Shown: positions 62,601 to 64,000 of the stretch, one piece after another | Layout of the letters: each line of letters opens with the position of its first letter | How positions within the stretch are numbered: position 1 is the first letter of the stretch | Source of the DNA: Laetmonice hystrix | Taxonomy: Eukaryota | Length of the DNA: 64,000 bases | Assembly: GCA_965235115.1 (NCBI GenBank) | Contig: OZ249442.1 | Coordinates: forward strand, 6,944,001-7,008,000 | Direction: 5' to 3' | The notes under the pieces: model-generated | What the model was told of the DNA's origin: nothing | Database searches by the model: none | The model's input: only the letters and a program-made list of their open reading frames with translations | Translations under genes and position numbers: made by a program

Positions 62601-63357
62601 TTGAGAGGTAATGTGTGTGACTGGGGACCAAGAGATCCTAGATGTGACTGTTGAGAGGCAATGTGTGGGACTGAGGACCAAGAGATCCTAGATGTGACTG
62701 TTGAGAGGCAATGTGTGGGACTGGAGACCAAGAGATCCTAGATTTGACTGTTGAGAGGCAATGTGTGGGACTGGGGACCGAGAGATCCTAGATGTGACTG
62801 TTGAGAGGCAATGTGTGGGACTGGGGACCAAGAGATCCTATAGATGTGACTGTTGAGAGGCCATGTGTGGGACTGGGGACCAAGAGATCCTAGATGTGAC
62901 TGTTGAGAGGCAATGTGTGGGACTGAGGACCAAGAGATCCTAGAGGTGTGACTGTTGAGAGGCGATGTGTGGGACTGGGGACCAAGAGATCCTAGATTTG
63001 ACTGTTGGGAGACAATGTGTGGGACTGGGGACCAAGAGATCCTAGATGTGACTGTTGAGAGGCAATGTGTGGGACTGGGGACCAAGAGATCCTAGATGTG
63101 ACTGTTGAGAGGCAATGTGTCGGACTGGGGACCAAGAGATCCTAGATTTGACTGTTGAGAGGCAATGTGTGTGACTGGGGACCAAGAGATCCTAGATGTG
63201 ACTGTTGAGAGGCAATGTGTGGGACTGGGGACCAGGAGATCCTAGATGTGACTGTTGAGAGGCAATGTGTGGGACTGGGGACCAAGAGATCCTAGATGTG
63301 ACTGTTGAGAGGCAATGTGTCGGACTGGGGACCAAGAGATCCTAGATGTGACTGTTG
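59685..63357. repeat. Minisatellite, 50-bp unit (GTGACTGTTGAGAGGCAATGTGTGGGACTGGGGACCAAGAGATCCTAGAT), ~73 copies
   Basis: Period 50 (59941 to 59991). Confidence 0.98.
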
Positions 63358-64000
63358 GAAGTCAATGTGTAGGATGTGTACAGAGACTGGTCGGTAGGAC
63401 CAAGTATTCGTGGTATGTTTGTTTGAGTAACCAGACAGACGGACGACCGATGGGACAGTGTTATCTTCTCACCTTGTCATTCGTGTTTTTGTTTATAGAG
63501 TAACTTAAAATGAACCTAAAGAATATAAGAATGTATGAAATATGCCAGCGACGCCTGGTGGCATTCCGCTTGGCAAAGGCTATCAGTGTCAGGAAATGCT
63601 AATTGACACCCAGCCTATACTAGCTGGTCCTGTCTTCCATCACGTAGACACACTGGAGAAGAAAAACTGGCTCTAACTGACAGCTCGCCAGAACTGAGAC
63701 ATGTCTCTGTGTCTTTGTTACCCTACATATTGTCCAGTTCTTCTAAGGGGGGAGTTTCAAGTCTGGTGTTCTTCCGTTTTGTCTTGCGCCCTGCCAGTGT
63801 TCCGAACATTTAGTCTCGAGCTGCCTAGACAAAGAGTAGACGAACTAGGTGAGGCGGTTAAAGTTTGCTTTAGAATGTCAAGACAATCATGAATATTAAG
63901 AGCTGTTCATGATACGAGCTATATTTGGAGTGGGAAGGGGGCAGAGAGTGGGTGAAGGACGAATGGAGATGAAGGTTAGACACCTCGACAAGTTGACACC

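Noticed and set aside
11-63357. CRISPR arrays
   Set aside because: All arrays are head-to-tail with no unique spacers; no cas genes; eukaryotic context.
63540-63830. Possible first coding exon on minus (MFGTLAGRKTKRKNTRLETPPLEELDN) or short + strand ORF
   Set aside because: Competing readings on both strands and ambiguous donors; not supportable without transcripts.

Overview
Eukaryotic (animal-like; probably a marine invertebrate, inferred from composition and repeat types) genomic DNA with two assembly gaps. It is not prokaryotic: there are no operons, CRISPR array, rRNA or intact transposase/RT. About 45% of the window (about 29 kb by my tally) is some 28 unrelated tandem arrays (units 11-71 bp). 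These are interleaved with short unique islands holding GT-AG-bounded, stop-free, mostly minus-strand exon candidates of one or two large intron-rich genes that I cannot identify. Four non-autonomous DNA transposons/MITEs (one CACTA-like with a nested tRNA-derived SINE) and one weaker TIR-bounded insert are recognisable from their termini. Nearly all long ORFs in the supplied track are tandem-repeat artefacts. The most interesting signals are structural. Most introns appear to carry their own private minisatellite, two arrays begin at predicted 5' splice sites, many units share a strand-biased TGTGG core, and several junctions record how arrays were seeded. I found no convincing novel protein-coding system. 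Exon models were read by eye and are provisional.
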